Of a stretch of 64,000 nt of DNA, positions 41,140-51,537 are shown one piece after another. The notes under the pieces were generated by a model that was given only the letters and a program-made list of their open reading frames with translations, was not told the DNA's origin and searched no databases. The DNA is from Candidatus Multivoradales bacterium (GTDB lineage: Bacteria > Acidobacteriota > Thermoanaerobaculia > Multivoradales > JAHEKO01): the NCBI GenBank assembly GCA_965248055.1, contig CBDFIJ010000004.1, positions 3,264,001 through 3,328,000 of the forward strand, in the 5' to 3' direction. Position 1 is the stretch's first letter. Every line of letters begins with the position of its first letter. The translations under genes were made by a program, and so were the position numbers.

Positions 41140-41818
41140 GTGGTTTTTCAGGTGCCCGCGCAGCTTCTGGCCGAGGATTTCACCGAGAGCACCAACTCGG
41201 TGGACCGTGGGGTTTGGCAAATCGAAATCGGAATCACCTGGGAGGAGGATAACGTCCTGGTGTTTCCCGAGGCGCTGGCGCGGTTAGGGATATCGGAACG
41301 GGTCGAACTAGGTTTTGGCTTGTCCAGTTACGTCGACACCAAGGGAGCGTCTGGACTGTCGGACGCGTCTTTTGGCGTCAAGTTGGAGCTGGGCTCGGTC
41401 GCTGGGGGAGAGATGGCGGTGATTACAGAGGTTTCGATTCCGCCGGGCAGACGATGAGCTCACTAGCGACGAAGTGGATCCAAGCGTAATTGTGATTACG
41501 AGCGCGAGGTCAACACGATCTGGTCTTTGGGCACCCAAGTGGAGCTGTCTTCGTTGTCTCAGGCTAGAGGTGACGAGACTGGCCACAACGAGCCAATCGT
41601 CAGCCCGACCTTGGTCGTAGGCCGGGACTTAGCCGAATCTTGGGGTACCTTTTCAAACTCGCAGCCGACATTGTGGAACATGGTTCGAGCCCTGTCTTGT
41701 TTCACACTGGCTGACCAAAGCAGCGGGTCCAGATCGCCACGGGGATATCCATATCGCCTTCGGACTTAACGATGTGGCCGCAGATGTCGAGGTTGGGCTG
41801 GCTTTAGCTGGCGTTTCT
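41140..41818 (+). pseudogene. frameshifted outer-membrane 'transporter' (MetA/phenol-pathway barrel-like)
   Basis: DFTEST..V..G..QIEIG...LARLGISERVEL; continues in broken frames. Confidence 0.5.
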
Positions 41819-42640
41819 AATCGCCATCCTGCGGTCAAAAGCCGCCAGGCTGGCTTCGTCTTGGGGGCGATTATTACGGCTTGCCCATTCGATGAATTTG
41901 ACCAGAAACGGCCTTGCTTGAAGGAGCTCGCGCCGGAGTAGTTCGGCGATCACCGGAGCATGGTCGGAAAAACCGCTGGAGTGATAGTAGCTCAGGGTCG
42001 TTTGGAGATCGTAGGCGACCGCGCGTCGATGCACCGTGATCGTGGTTTCGCTGACCTCGAAGATGGCGTACTGGGCCCGAGGATCACGGTTGAACGGCAG
42101 TCCCACCGCACCGACGTTGACCACCCGACCGCCGGAAAAAGTGCGATCCAAAGGGCGATGAGTGTGGGCACAAACCAAGACTTGTGCCTCGGTCTCGGTC
42201 GCGTGCTGTTGGAGTACTGAATCCGGAGTCCAAGGGCCGAGTCCGTCGCTAACCCCTTTGGGGCTACCATGGACCACCAGCAGTTGTTCCGGTTTCTGTT
42301 CGGCTCGTAGCGAGAACGGAAGGTCCTGCAAAAAGTCGCTGACTTCGTTGCTGAGTTCCTCCGCCATCCAATCGGCAGCGTCGCCCATCGCGGTGTTGGA
42401 GAGATTAAGAGGTCGAGTCTGATTGCGGCAAAGCAGCAACAGCTCTTCATGATTGCCGGTCAAACTGCGCCAGCCGATCTCGATGATCTGGCGCGCAACT
42501 CGTTCCCCCCCGGGACCGCGCCCCACCAAGTCGCCTGCGACCAGCACTTCGTCGGGGGCTTGCGCGGCGAGGTCGGCGATCACTGCATCGAGGGCTGCGA
42601 GATTGCCATGGATATCGGAGAGAACCGCAATTCGGGTCAG
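41804..42640 (-). CDS. metallophosphoesterase
   Basis: SDIHGN, GDLVGRG, GNHE, VHGSP and HTH; apparent CTG start. Confidence 0.88.
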   Translation of the reverse strand: MTRIAVLSDIHGNLAALDAVIADLAAQAPDEVLVAGDLVGRGPGGERVARQIIEIGWRSLTGNHEELLLLCRNQTRPLNLSNTAMGDAADWMAEELSNEVSDFLQDLPFSLRAEQKPEQLLVVHGSPKGVSDGLGPWTPDSVLQQHATETEAQVLVCAHTHRPLDRTFSGGRVVNVGAVGLPFNRDPRAQYAIFEVSETTITVHRRAVAYDLQTTLSYYHSSGFSDHAPVIAELLRRELLQARPFLVKFIEWASRNNRPQDEASLAAFDRRMAIRNAS

Positions 42641-42649
42641 AGTAACTCC

Positions 42650-43330
42650 CTAAACCCACTCGCAGATAGCGTCGAAAGACTTGCGGCCGATTGCTGGTAC
42701 CTGGGCATCGGCGGACGGTCGACCGGTGACCACGATCAAGAACGGTTTTTCATTCTCTGGTCGTCCCAGCGCTTCGCGCAGAAATGACATCGGGCTTGGG
42801 GTGTGGGTGAGGGTCGCCAGTCCAGCGTTGTGCAACGCTGCGATCAAGAATCCAGTGGCGATCCCCACCGACTCTTTGACGTAGTAGTGGCGAACTTTCT
42901 TGTCCTGCTCGCCTCCATCACCTTGGTATCCGTGGATCAGAGCGAAGACCACGATCAGGTAGGGGGCCTCTTCGATGAAAGGTTTGTCGGCGTCTGTTCC
43001 CAGCGGCTCGAGAGCTCTCAACCACTCTTTGCCAGCCCGTCGTTGGTAGAACTCCAGCTCGGTTGATTCAATGACTTCGCGTAGCTGCTTTTTCAATTTG
43101 GCTGAGGAAACCACGACAAATCGCCAGGGTTGTTGGTTCGCTCCACTGGGAGCACTGGCGGCGGCGCGGACACACTCTTCGATGACTTCGCGCGGGACAC
43201 TCTCGCTTGAATAGTCACGGATGGTTCGCCGTTTGGTGATCTGGTGGCGAAACGAGCGAGCACGATCAATGGCTTGCTTATCGGATAAGGAGGGCCCGCA
43301 GTCGTATGGTTCTGTAGGGTAGTCGCTCAT
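42650..43330 (-). CDS. iodotyrosine deiodinase-like nitroreductase
   Basis: RRTIRDYS, APSGANQQPW, EFY...W..ALEPLGT..KPFIEEAP and TLTHTPSP. Confidence 0.85.
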   Translation of the reverse strand: MSDYPTEPYDCGPSLSDKQAIDRARSFRHQITKRRTIRDYSSESVPREVIEECVRAAASAPSGANQQPWRFVVVSSAKLKKQLREVIESTELEFYQRRAGKEWLRALEPLGTDADKPFIEEAPYLIVVFALIHGYQGDGGEQDKKVRHYYVKESVGIATGFLIAALHNAGLATLTHTPSPMSFLREALGRPENEKPFLIVVTGRPSADAQVPAIGRKSFDAICEWV

Positions 43331-43483
43331 TACTCAGGATCCTATCCTGAGCGCGACAGGTCTCGATTAAACGTCCTCGCTGGATGACAGGATGCCGAGT
43401 CGGCGAGCATCTGGCGCTGGAAACCTGGGTTGTCAGCAAGCGGTGCAGCGAATCACTGGAATGTTCCGATCAATCGGCGTAGG

Positions 43484-43500
43484 TTGGCACGCCGATTGCC
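43484..43500 (+). promoter_or_regulatory. sigma-54 (-24/-12) promoter
   Basis: TTGGCAC-GCCGA-TTGC matches the consensus, 46 nt upstream of the barrel gene. Confidence 0.7.
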
Positions 43501-43546
43501 CAAAGAAGTCCTAGGACCCGAATGGTTCTGAAAGGAAATAACGATC

Positions 43547-44263
43547 ATGACTCGAAAAGCAACTTACCTAATCGCTGCAATGGGAATTGTCTCACTGGTG
43601 AGCGCATCACCGGCTGCGTTCGCCGGTGGCTTTGGCCACTATGGGGGGCAAAACTCGATTCGTATTCACGGTGGCTCTTTCGAGCCGGACGGCGCTTCCG
43701 CCTATTGGGTGGATAAAGAGATTGATTTTTTTGGCAGTGCTGAGGATTTCGATGATTTCTTGTTTGCCGTCGACTGGGTCCACTACGTTTCCTCTCGCAT
43801 CGCCATCGTCGGCTCGTTGAGTGGCTACGAGGGCAGTTCACTGCAGAGCTATCGCGACTTTATCACCGGCGATGGTGGCGACATCTTTCATCAGGCAACT
43901 CTGGACATGGGCTCGGCAGAAGTAGGGGTCCTGGTCCACCTGCTCAGCGGTGACGCGGTGGTATTGCCTTACGTCGGAGTGGGTGTCGGTCTTTACGACT
44001 GGAGTTTGAGTGAAGATGGGGACTTCCTCGACTTTGGCTTCGATCCTCCGGCGTTGTTCAACGATCTATTTATCGAAGAGGGCGAAGCTATTGGCACTTT
44101 TTTTCTGGTCGGCGTTGAAGTGCCGATTGGTTCCTCGTGGTCGGTGTTTGGCGAAGCGAAGTGGTCTGACGTAGACGACGAGTTGACCGGGGATTTTGCC
44201 GGCCTTGGACCTTTGGATCTGTCCGGTCAGTCGGTGACAGCTGGCGTTGCCTTTAACTTCTAG
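43547..44263 (+). CDS. outer membrane beta-barrel protein
   Basis: Signal peptide, PYVGVGVG and C-terminal AFNF. Confidence 0.8.
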   Translation: MTRKATYLIAAMGIVSLVSASPAAFAGGFGHYGGQNSIRIHGGSFEPDGASAYWVDKEIDFFGSAEDFDDFLFAVDWVHYVSSRIAIVGSLSGYEGSSLQSYRDFITGDGGDIFHQATLDMGSAEVGVLVHLLSGDAVVLPYVGVGVGLYDWSLSEDGDFLDFGFDPPALFNDLFIEEGEAIGTFFLVGVEVPIGSSWSVFGEAKWSDVDDELTGDFAGLGPLDLSGQSVTAGVAFNF

Positions 44264-44339
44264 GCTTCGGCTAACTTTGGCGAACCCCTTGGTTCCTCAG
44301 ATTCTGCAGTTGTCGGCGAAGTTCTAAAATCCGAGCGTT

Positions 44340-44705
44340 GTGCGCTACCGTACAACGGTCGTGCGCAGATACCGCATCCACACCAACCGCTGCGACAGGA
44401 TCCAACGCAAGATTGTCCGGGGTTGTTTCGCACTCCTAGCTGGCTTGATTCTGACCGGTTGTCTGGACGGAAAAGCGAGCGGATTAGCTGCACGCCAAGA
44501 TCTGAATCAACAGGGCGATTCTGAAATTGACAACCTAGATAGCGGCAGTTCGAGTGCAGCCAGTGCGAACACCGGTAGTACTGGTCGCGGTAGTCAAGAT
44601 GTTGAGTTGATTCCATTTGGTCTGTTGGGCCCGATCATCGGCAGTCAGGATGTGTTTGAGACAGCCTGTGATCTTTCAGAGGAGTCTTTTGAGCGCTGTC
44701 TCTGA
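44340..44705 (+). CDS. hypothetical lipoprotein (start uncertain)
   Basis: LLAGLILTGC lipobox. Confidence 0.45.
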   Translation: MRYRTTVVRRYRIHTNRCDRIQRKIVRGCFALLAGLILTGCLDGKASGLAARQDLNQQGDSEIDNLDSGSSSAASANTGSTGRGSQDVELIPFGLLGPIIGSQDVFETACDLSEESFERCL

Positions 44706-44743
44706 CCGTGCTTAGCTAAGATAACCACTAACAAGGATTGAAG

Positions 44744-45286
44744 ATGAGAACGACAGCAATCGAAACGACAAAATCCACCCGGGCGAAGGGCAACGCCTTC
44801 AACGTTCTGGCGATCACCCTCCTGGCAGTGGGACTACTGAGTTCTTCTGTTTTCGCCGAAGGCAAGTGTGGCGACGCCGATGAATGTCTACAGGCGATTC
44901 GGGAATCAATCGCCAAGCGTGGTTGGTTGGGTATTGAGTACGACACCAATGAGGAAAATGGGCTTCCTGAAATCCACCGCGTCTTGGCTGAGAGCCCCGC
45001 GGAAAAAGGTGGACTCCAAACGGGGGATTTTCTGCTGACGATTAACGGGGCTTCCTACCAAAAGGGCCGCGAGGAAGTTTACGCTGAGGTGAAGAAGTCC
45101 TTGGTACCCGGCAACGAAATCTCATTTGAAGTGCGCCGAGACGACGAGCTGGTCGAAGTGACAGTGGTCGCTGGTGAGATGCCGCCAGCGATGGCTGCTC
45201 AACTGGTCGGACGGCACATGATGGAGTACCACAAGAATGACGCTGAAAGTGAATCTGACACGGCGGATGACAGCGACAAGCGTTAA
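44744..45286 (+). CDS. exported PDZ-domain protein
   Basis: GWLGI...SPAEKGGLQTGDFLLTING. Confidence 0.85.
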   Translation: MRTTAIETTKSTRAKGNAFNVLAITLLAVGLLSSSVFAEGKCGDADECLQAIRESIAKRGWLGIEYDTNEENGLPEIHRVLAESPAEKGGLQTGDFLLTINGASYQKGREEVYAEVKKSLVPGNEISFEVRRDDELVEVTVVAGEMPPAMAAQLVGRHMMEYHKNDAESESDTADDSDKR

Positions 45287-45336
45287 CAGGCCCAAGGACA
45301 CTCAGCCGATTCAGAGAACAGGCGCGCTGACTTTGG

Positions 45337-46794
45337 TTAGCGCGCCTTTGCCAAATAGATCAAACAATCTTTTTCTCCTATCAGCCGATCGGGATCCGGG
45401 TTCAGGGTGTCTTGCCCCTGGTGATCTCGAACCCCGAGTGCCAGCCAGCGGCTTTGTCGCTGGGTTTCGCCCGCCGCTTGGACGAAACTCTGGCCTTGAT
45501 ATTGGCCTGGCTGCCCGACAAATAGGCTTTGCCCTCCTGCTGAAGCGACGGTCGATAAGATGCTCGCGGTTCCTGGCATTACGACCGCGTGGCTAAGCAT
45601 CGAGAAACCCAGATGCGTGGTCTCGATCACTTCGTCGACCCCAGCGGAGTAGGCATGGTCGATATTTTCTTCGTCCAAGATCTCAGCCACCACGTAGAGA
45701 GGATCCCGGCGCTTCGCGGCGATCGAGTTGCGTGACATCCACGAGCGAATGGTGAACGCGGTGAGGATGGTCTGAGCGTCGGCCGCCTGCGGCATATCAC
45801 TACGTGAACCGATCAAGATCGCCGCTCTAGCGTAGGCGACTCGGGCCTTTTCCAACTCGCTCTCTTTGGTCGGATCGCCGTTGACCCAAACCACTTCCGG
45901 TGGCAGATCGTTGGGGCGCTCGCCGGGGGCGAACAAGACCAGGGCACTTTCGTCGGCGTCGACCTCCTGTCTGATCGCCTCCAGAAGCATTTCCATGCCC
46001 AGTTCATAGCCACAGACGACGATGTGGTTGATGTGTCCGCTCATGCGAAACTGCTCCTTTCGGATGGTTAAGACGCTTTGTACCAGGGATTGACCGACGA
46101 CGCCGGCAAATAGCGCCAAGCTGAGCATGCCGCTGATCATCAGCGCAGCACCGATCATGCGACCGAGGGTGGTGACCGGTGTGATGTCACCGAATCCGAC
46201 GGTGGTCAGAGTCACCAATGCCCACCACACTCCGTCCGCAGGCCCAGTCAGTCCGGCGTTGATGTCGCTCTCGACCAGATAAAAGCTCAGTCCACCGATA
46301 AGCACCGCAGTCAGGACAAAACTGAGCGCTAGCAGATAGAGCAGGGCATTGTCACGAAACGCCTGACTGATCGAACGCATCGGACTGGCGTAGCGAAATG
46401 GAGTCCTTGCCAAGCGCAGTAGACGCAGTGCGCGCAGGCCGCGTAGGGCAGGTAACAACGCGGAAACTGTGAGCAGGTCGATGAGAATCGATGGGCGCAA
46501 CAAAAATGTTAGTCGGCCCAACAGGTGGTGGCGGATCGTTGAGGCGGGAGTCGGTGACTCCAGGTCGAGCCGGGGCGGGCGAAAGGAAGCAACTCTGGCG
46601 ATGAGTTCAACGGTGAATGCCCACAAGATCACCCGGTCTAGAGTGACCAGCCAGGGCGCTAATCCTTCTCGGCCACGCCAAATTTCAGTGACGAAAATCA
46701 ACACTGAGATCGCGATCAATCCGGCGACCAGGCTGTGCAGAACCCGGAACTCGCGTGTGGACGGGCGGTGGAAGGCTCTAACTAACCAGGACAT
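45337..46794 (-). CDS. voltage-gated-type potassium channel with RCK domain
   Basis: S4-like LRGLRALRLLR, TTVGFGD filter and HIVVCG. Confidence 0.9.
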   Translation of the reverse strand: MSWLVRAFHRPSTREFRVLHSLVAGLIAISVLIFVTEIWRGREGLAPWLVTLDRVILWAFTVELIARVASFRPPRLDLESPTPASTIRHHLLGRLTFLLRPSILIDLLTVSALLPALRGLRALRLLRLARTPFRYASPMRSISQAFRDNALLYLLALSFVLTAVLIGGLSFYLVESDINAGLTGPADGVWWALVTLTTVGFGDITPVTTLGRMIGAALMISGMLSLALFAGVVGQSLVQSVLTIRKEQFRMSGHINHIVVCGYELGMEMLLEAIRQEVDADESALVLFAPGERPNDLPPEVVWVNGDPTKESELEKARVAYARAAILIGSRSDMPQAADAQTILTAFTIRSWMSRNSIAAKRRDPLYVVAEILDEENIDHAYSAGVDEVIETTHLGFSMLSHAVVMPGTASILSTVASAGGQSLFVGQPGQYQGQSFVQAAGETQRQSRWLALGVRDHQGQDTLNPDPDRLIGEKDCLIYLAKAR

Positions 46795-46896
46795 GGAAGA
46801 TGATCATTGAGGGGTTGCATCGCGCTGTTAGACTCTAGCAGTCGATCGCCGCCATGCATTTTCTTACTCCCCTCCGTACCGAAAGAAACGATTCGA

Positions 46897-48063
46897 GTGT
46901 CTATCGGCCGTACTAATTTCACTTGGGTTGATGACCCCCGTTCGCTGGCGTCGCTGGCGACCGCCCTGGCTGAGGCAGAAGAAATCACCTTCGACACCGA
47001 GTCCAATTCGGGATTCCGCTACGAGGAGAAATTGTGTCTGTTGCAGCTCAATGTAGCGGGTCAACTGTGGATGGTGGACCCATTGGCTTTCGATCGCGGC
47101 GATTGGATCGATTCCCTGCGGTCGCCGCTTGAGGATCCACAGGTGCGGATCTGGATTCATGGTGGCGAATTCGACGTTTCGAGTATGAAGCGGGATTTCG
47201 GCATCCGACTGCGAGGTCTTTGGGATACCCAACAAGCGGCCACCTTCCTAGGACACGAGAAAACCGGATATGGCAGCTTGGTGGAGACCATCTGCGGGGT
47301 TTCGTTGCCCAAGGCGTTTACCCGCTACGACTGGGGCACGCGGCCGCTTCCCAGTGGCCCGCGGGACTATGCTCTGGACGACGTTCGCTATCTTCCCAAG
47401 GTTGCTCATGCGCTAATGAGAGAAGTGGAAGTTCACGACTTGAGCGAAGAAGTTGGGATTGCCGGCCGTGCCGTGGAGGATGCCGAGTGGCCCGACTTGT
47501 CTCCAACCAACGCATTGTGGCGGGTCAAAGGGGTCGGTAAATTACCGGTTATCGGCCAGCGTCGAGTCCTAATGTTGCTCAAGTGGCGTGAGGAGATCGC
47601 CAGACAGCGCGACCAGCCCCCCGGCAGGATTCTTAGCGGCTATGCGCTCTTGTCGCTGGCGGAGAATCCTCCTCGCAAGTCTTCGGTTCTGCGCTATGCG
47701 CGAGTGCCGCGACCGGTTCGCGATCGCTATGGAGATCAATTGGTGGGTCTGCTAAAACGAACCGAGGAGTTACCACAGATACCCCAGAGGACGATTACGC
47801 CTCGGCAGACCCCTCAGGAGAAGGCTCGATCCAAGAGCATCCGCAATTGGAAACGATCCGAGTCCAAGCGCCGGGGAATCCCGCAACAGGCGGTATTGCC
47901 TACCCGAGCGGCTGAATTCTTGGTCTACAACGGCGCGGACGATCTCACCCAGGTGCCACAGCTCGGGGCCAAGAGAATCCGCCTCTACGGTTCCAAGTTG
48001 CGACAACTGTGCGCCAGTCCCAGCACCAGCACCAGTCCCAGCACTAGTCCCGAGTCTGAGTAG
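46897..48063 (+). CDS. rnd: ribonuclease D (DEDDy exonuclease plus HRDC)
   Basis: FDTE, LCLLQ, DTQ, DWGTRPL and YALDDV. Confidence 0.85.
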   Translation: MSIGRTNFTWVDDPRSLASLATALAEAEEITFDTESNSGFRYEEKLCLLQLNVAGQLWMVDPLAFDRGDWIDSLRSPLEDPQVRIWIHGGEFDVSSMKRDFGIRLRGLWDTQQAATFLGHEKTGYGSLVETICGVSLPKAFTRYDWGTRPLPSGPRDYALDDVRYLPKVAHALMREVEVHDLSEEVGIAGRAVEDAEWPDLSPTNALWRVKGVGKLPVIGQRRVLMLLKWREEIARQRDQPPGRILSGYALLSLAENPPRKSSVLRYARVPRPVRDRYGDQLVGLLKRTEELPQIPQRTITPRQTPQEKARSKSIRNWKRSESKRRGIPQQAVLPTRAAEFLVYNGADDLTQVPQLGAKRIRLYGSKLRQLCASPSTSTSPSTSPESE

Positions 48064-48105
48064 TCGGGCTGTTTATTGTTATTAAATGCTGGTACGCCTG
48101 TTGTT

Positions 48106-48453
48106 TTACTGGACGGCGCGTAGATTCTCTAAAGCTTCTTCTTCGCTATGAAAGACCGGGATCAACGGCAGTAGATTGCCCAGGTCCATAATTCTGCGCA
48201 GCGGCGCTTCAACCTGGATCAAGGCAAAGTCACGCTCCAGACTGAGAGACAACTTGTAAGCGGCGACCAGCTCACCAATGCCCGAGCTGTCAATCTTGGA
48301 AACCGCGGAAAGGTCCAAGAGCAAGAGTTCCCAGCCGTCGGCGTAGACTTCTTCCACCACCTCACGCACGACTTGGTCGCCAGTACCGACCACCAATTGG
48401 CCCCGTATCTGAACAACCACCCCGTCTTGCCTTTTATGTACGTCGATTTGCAT
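48106..48453 (-). CDS. STAS anti-sigma-factor antagonist
   Basis: LDLSAVSKIDSSGIGELV. Confidence 0.88.
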   Translation of the reverse strand: MQIDVHKRQDGVVVQIRGQLVVGTGDQVVREVVEEVYADGWELLLLDLSAVSKIDSSGIGELVAAYKLSLSLERDFALIQVEAPLRRIMDLGNLLPLIPVFHSEEEALENLRAVQ

Positions 48454-48488
48454 TCGCGTCCTCCGCGCTGATCATAACGGGTTGTGTC

Positions 48489-49706
48489 TCACGCGTCGCT
48501 AGCAAGCATCTCAGGCGTCTTTCGCTCGACAGCTTGGCGCAGGCAATAGGGAACTGCGGCCAGCATCAAGGCGATTCTTTGCACCTCGGTGTCAGCCCAG
48601 TAGTCTTCAAACAGGGCTGCGACTAGGAAAGCCACAACCCCAAACAAACATGCGGCATACAGGTCTCGGTGATCTCGGTCGCCGTGCAACAGCCCCCGCC
48701 ACGCCAGGCGTATCGCCAGTAGAAACAGGGCCAGCACTGCCAGGGTGGCAGGGATTCCCTGTTCGGCAGCTAGCGAGGCATAGCTGTTGTGCAGGTGAGC
48801 CACGCGCTGTTGAGGCGCTGTCGGGTGAGCGTAGAAACTGTACAGATGGTCGATGGTCCCGGGGCCATGCCCGAGTAACGGGCGTTCGCGAATCATCACC
48901 GCCCCTGCGTCCAGCATGCACAGGCGGTCGTAGGTAGAAATGTCTTCCAAATCGCCGATGCTCCACATGCGTGCCGCAACGTGTACCGGCACGATCGCCA
49001 CGGCCAGAAGAGCTACCGGTAGCAGCCAGAACAACCACTTCCCGCGATGTAGAAATGCTGCCAGCGTGACCACAGCGAGTACCGCAATCCAAGAGTTGCG
49101 AGTGAGCGTGTAGAGCAGGGCAGTGCTGAGCATCACCAAGCCTATCCATGCCCACGAGTGGCTCCAGCCGCGACGGTATAGCAACCAGGCGAGCAAGATT
49201 GCAAGAGCCAACGCCATCACCCCAGCAAAGGTCATATAGATAGAGAACGCTCCACGAATACGGGTTTCCAGCCCTCCTGCTCCTTGGATGACCTCGAATA
49301 GACCTTGCCCGGCGTGCATCACCGCGACCCCGACCAATCCGTAGATCGTCAGCCTGAGTGCGCTGGCACGACGCAGTACCACCACCGCTAACAACGGCGG
49401 TGTCAGGTTGAGCAAATCTCCGATCCCTCCTAAGGTTTGTCGCGCGATCGAAGAAGCGAGGATCGATCCGATCAACAGCACCCAGTAGACAACGATCGGA
49501 ATCCAAAGACCTTGGGCGTTGCGCAAGCGATCGCGATGACGTTTCCAGGGAGCAGTCGCCAGCCCGAGAATCAGCAATCCGTTGGACAGACCGATCGCTG
49601 AGATGGTCCAAAGTTGACCAATGGCAAACACCTTGGCCCATTCGAACGGTTCGAGGATCTTGCGGAAGGGTTGAAGGATGCGGTGCATCGGAGAGAAGGG
49701 CATCAA
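48489..49706 (-). CDS. O-antigen ligase family protein
   Basis: TLTR, PLLGHGPG and HLHNSY..AAEQG. Confidence 0.85.
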   Translation of the reverse strand: MMPFSPMHRILQPFRKILEPFEWAKVFAIGQLWTISAIGLSNGLLILGLATAPWKRHRDRLRNAQGLWIPIVVYWVLLIGSILASSIARQTLGGIGDLLNLTPPLLAVVVLRRASALRLTIYGLVGVAVMHAGQGLFEVIQGAGGLETRIRGAFSIYMTFAGVMALALAILLAWLLYRRGWSHSWAWIGLVMLSTALLYTLTRNSWIAVLAVVTLAAFLHRGKWLFWLLPVALLAVAIVPVHVAARMWSIGDLEDISTYDRLCMLDAGAVMIRERPLLGHGPGTIDHLYSFYAHPTAPQQRVAHLHNSYASLAAEQGIPATLAVLALFLLAIRLAWRGLLHGDRDHRDLYAACLFGVVAFLVAALFEDYWADTEVQRIALMLAAVPYCLRQAVERKTPEMLASDA

Positions 49707-49816
49707 ATGAAGCGCAATCTACAACAGATTGGGAAGGAACCCGACGTTGTCGCCCGGCGGGGCAGGAAATGTGACTCAGGCTCGGTTGCGTCGGCAAGTC
49801 TTCGTATACTTAGCGG

Positions 49817-51468
49817 ATGCGCAGTCTTCGCTCAACTTCTTGTATCCCTTTCTTGGTCGCCATTTCCGTGTTGAGCGCCGCTGGCTGCAGTCCAGGCAAA
49901 GAACCGATCCCCTTTTCCGCTGCCGACGGGGTGATCGTGATTACCCTCGACACCTTGCGCGCCGACCGATTGGGCACCTATGGCTACGATCGTCCGACCT
50001 CTCCTGAGTTGGACGCGTTTGCCGCAGAGTCGGTGGTCTTTGACTCGGCCTTTGCCCAGTACCCGTCGACTATGGTTTCCCATCTGTCAGCTTTTACCGG
50101 CCTCTATCCGCGAGAACACGGAGTAATACAAAGAAAGCTCAGCCTGTCTCCTACGCTGCCGACGGTTGCTGAGGTCTTCAAGAAGGCTGGCTTTAGCACT
50201 GCCGCGTTTACCGAAAACGGGATGATCAGCCCCGCCTCGGGGCTGGGGCGTGGTTTTGATCAGTTCATCTACCAACACATCGGACCCCCCAACGGTCCCG
50301 ATCAAGTCTTTGATATGGGCCTGCAGTTTCTCTCTGAACAATCGGACCCGTCCCGGGTGTTCTTGTGGCTACACACCTACGCGGTGCATACGCCCTACCA
50401 ACCGACGGCGGGAAACCGAGAGTTGTTCCTGGACGGGGTCGCGCCGCCGACGGTGCCAGTCACCGGTGAGTTCTTAAGCCTAGTGAACCGGGATCAAGAG
50501 CAAATCGAAGACGCTGATGTTGCCGCCTTCAGTCGACTTTATGATGGTCAATTGCGTGACGTGGACACTGCCTTTGGTAGGTTCCTACAGCAGTTAAAGG
50601 AAAGTGGTTGGTTGGACCGATTGGCGATCGTGGTCTTCGCCGATCATGGCGAGGAATTTCGCGAACACGGAATGCTGGTGCATGAGCAGGTGTATCCGGA
50701 GTTGACCCGCATCCCACTGATGATTCGCCACCCAAGTTTGCCCGCGCAGCGCGTCGAGAGCACGGTCGAGACCATCGACATGGCTCCGACTCTCGCTGGT
50801 TTGGCAGGGCTTGATTGGCAACCGGTGGGTTCTGGGCGCAGCTTGCTGCCCGGCTTGCTCGGCAAGAGTGAGGAGTCGACGCCCCAAGTGGCCTACGCAG
50901 AAATGGAAACCGGCTTACATCAGCGGACCGTAGTGCAGAGCATTGGCTCTGATCTTTGGCAACTGATTGAACATCGGTTTCCGGCTGGTCCTGACGGGGT
51001 GTGGTTTTCGACCATCGGCGAGTTCGATGTCCAAGGCACCGAGCTGGACTTGAACTTGTACTCGTATCGCAAACGCCGTTCACTAAAAATCTGGCTCGAT
51101 GGGGAGCTGTTTACCGAACTACAGATTGCTCCAGACTGGAGTCAACTAACCGTACCTTTGCCAAAGGGATGTTTTTTGTGTCGCGTGCGCCTTGAGGCGA
51201 AGGATTGCGCCACCCCTGAGGAAACCACCACTCGAATGACCGGCGCTGTCTGGCGACCAAAGTGGGTGGTGATGAGCGGTTTCGTTATGAGCTGTTCAAC
51301 CTGAGCCGCGACCCTGGTGCAGTGAAAGACGTTTCCCAAAAACAAGAACAGATCGTTCGGCGCCTGATCAAAGAACTCCGCGCGATCCCGACCGAACCGT
51401 TGGGAGCCACCGGGGACGCCGGTCGCATCGAAAACGAGGATACTCTACGCACTCTGGGTTACACCTAA
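49817..51468 (+). CDS. sulfatase-like lipoprotein with an apparent 1-nt frameshift near 51228
   Basis: LDTLRADRL, FTGLYP and ADHGEEF; tail ELFNLSRDP...LRTLGY in another frame. Confidence 0.8.
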
Positions 51469-51537
51469 GTTCGTGCTTTCGGCTTTCTTTTTTCTTCACC
51501 AATTTTCAAACAATCCTACTTCTATAATTGAGGCCCC

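Noticed and set aside
48015-48056. Short CCAGCA/CCAGTC repeats at the end of rnd
   Set aside because: Only encodes a low-complexity Ser/Thr/Pro tail.
48607-49797. 396-aa minus-strand ORF
   Set aside because: Alternative frame overlapping the O-antigen ligase gene; a typical high-GC artefact.
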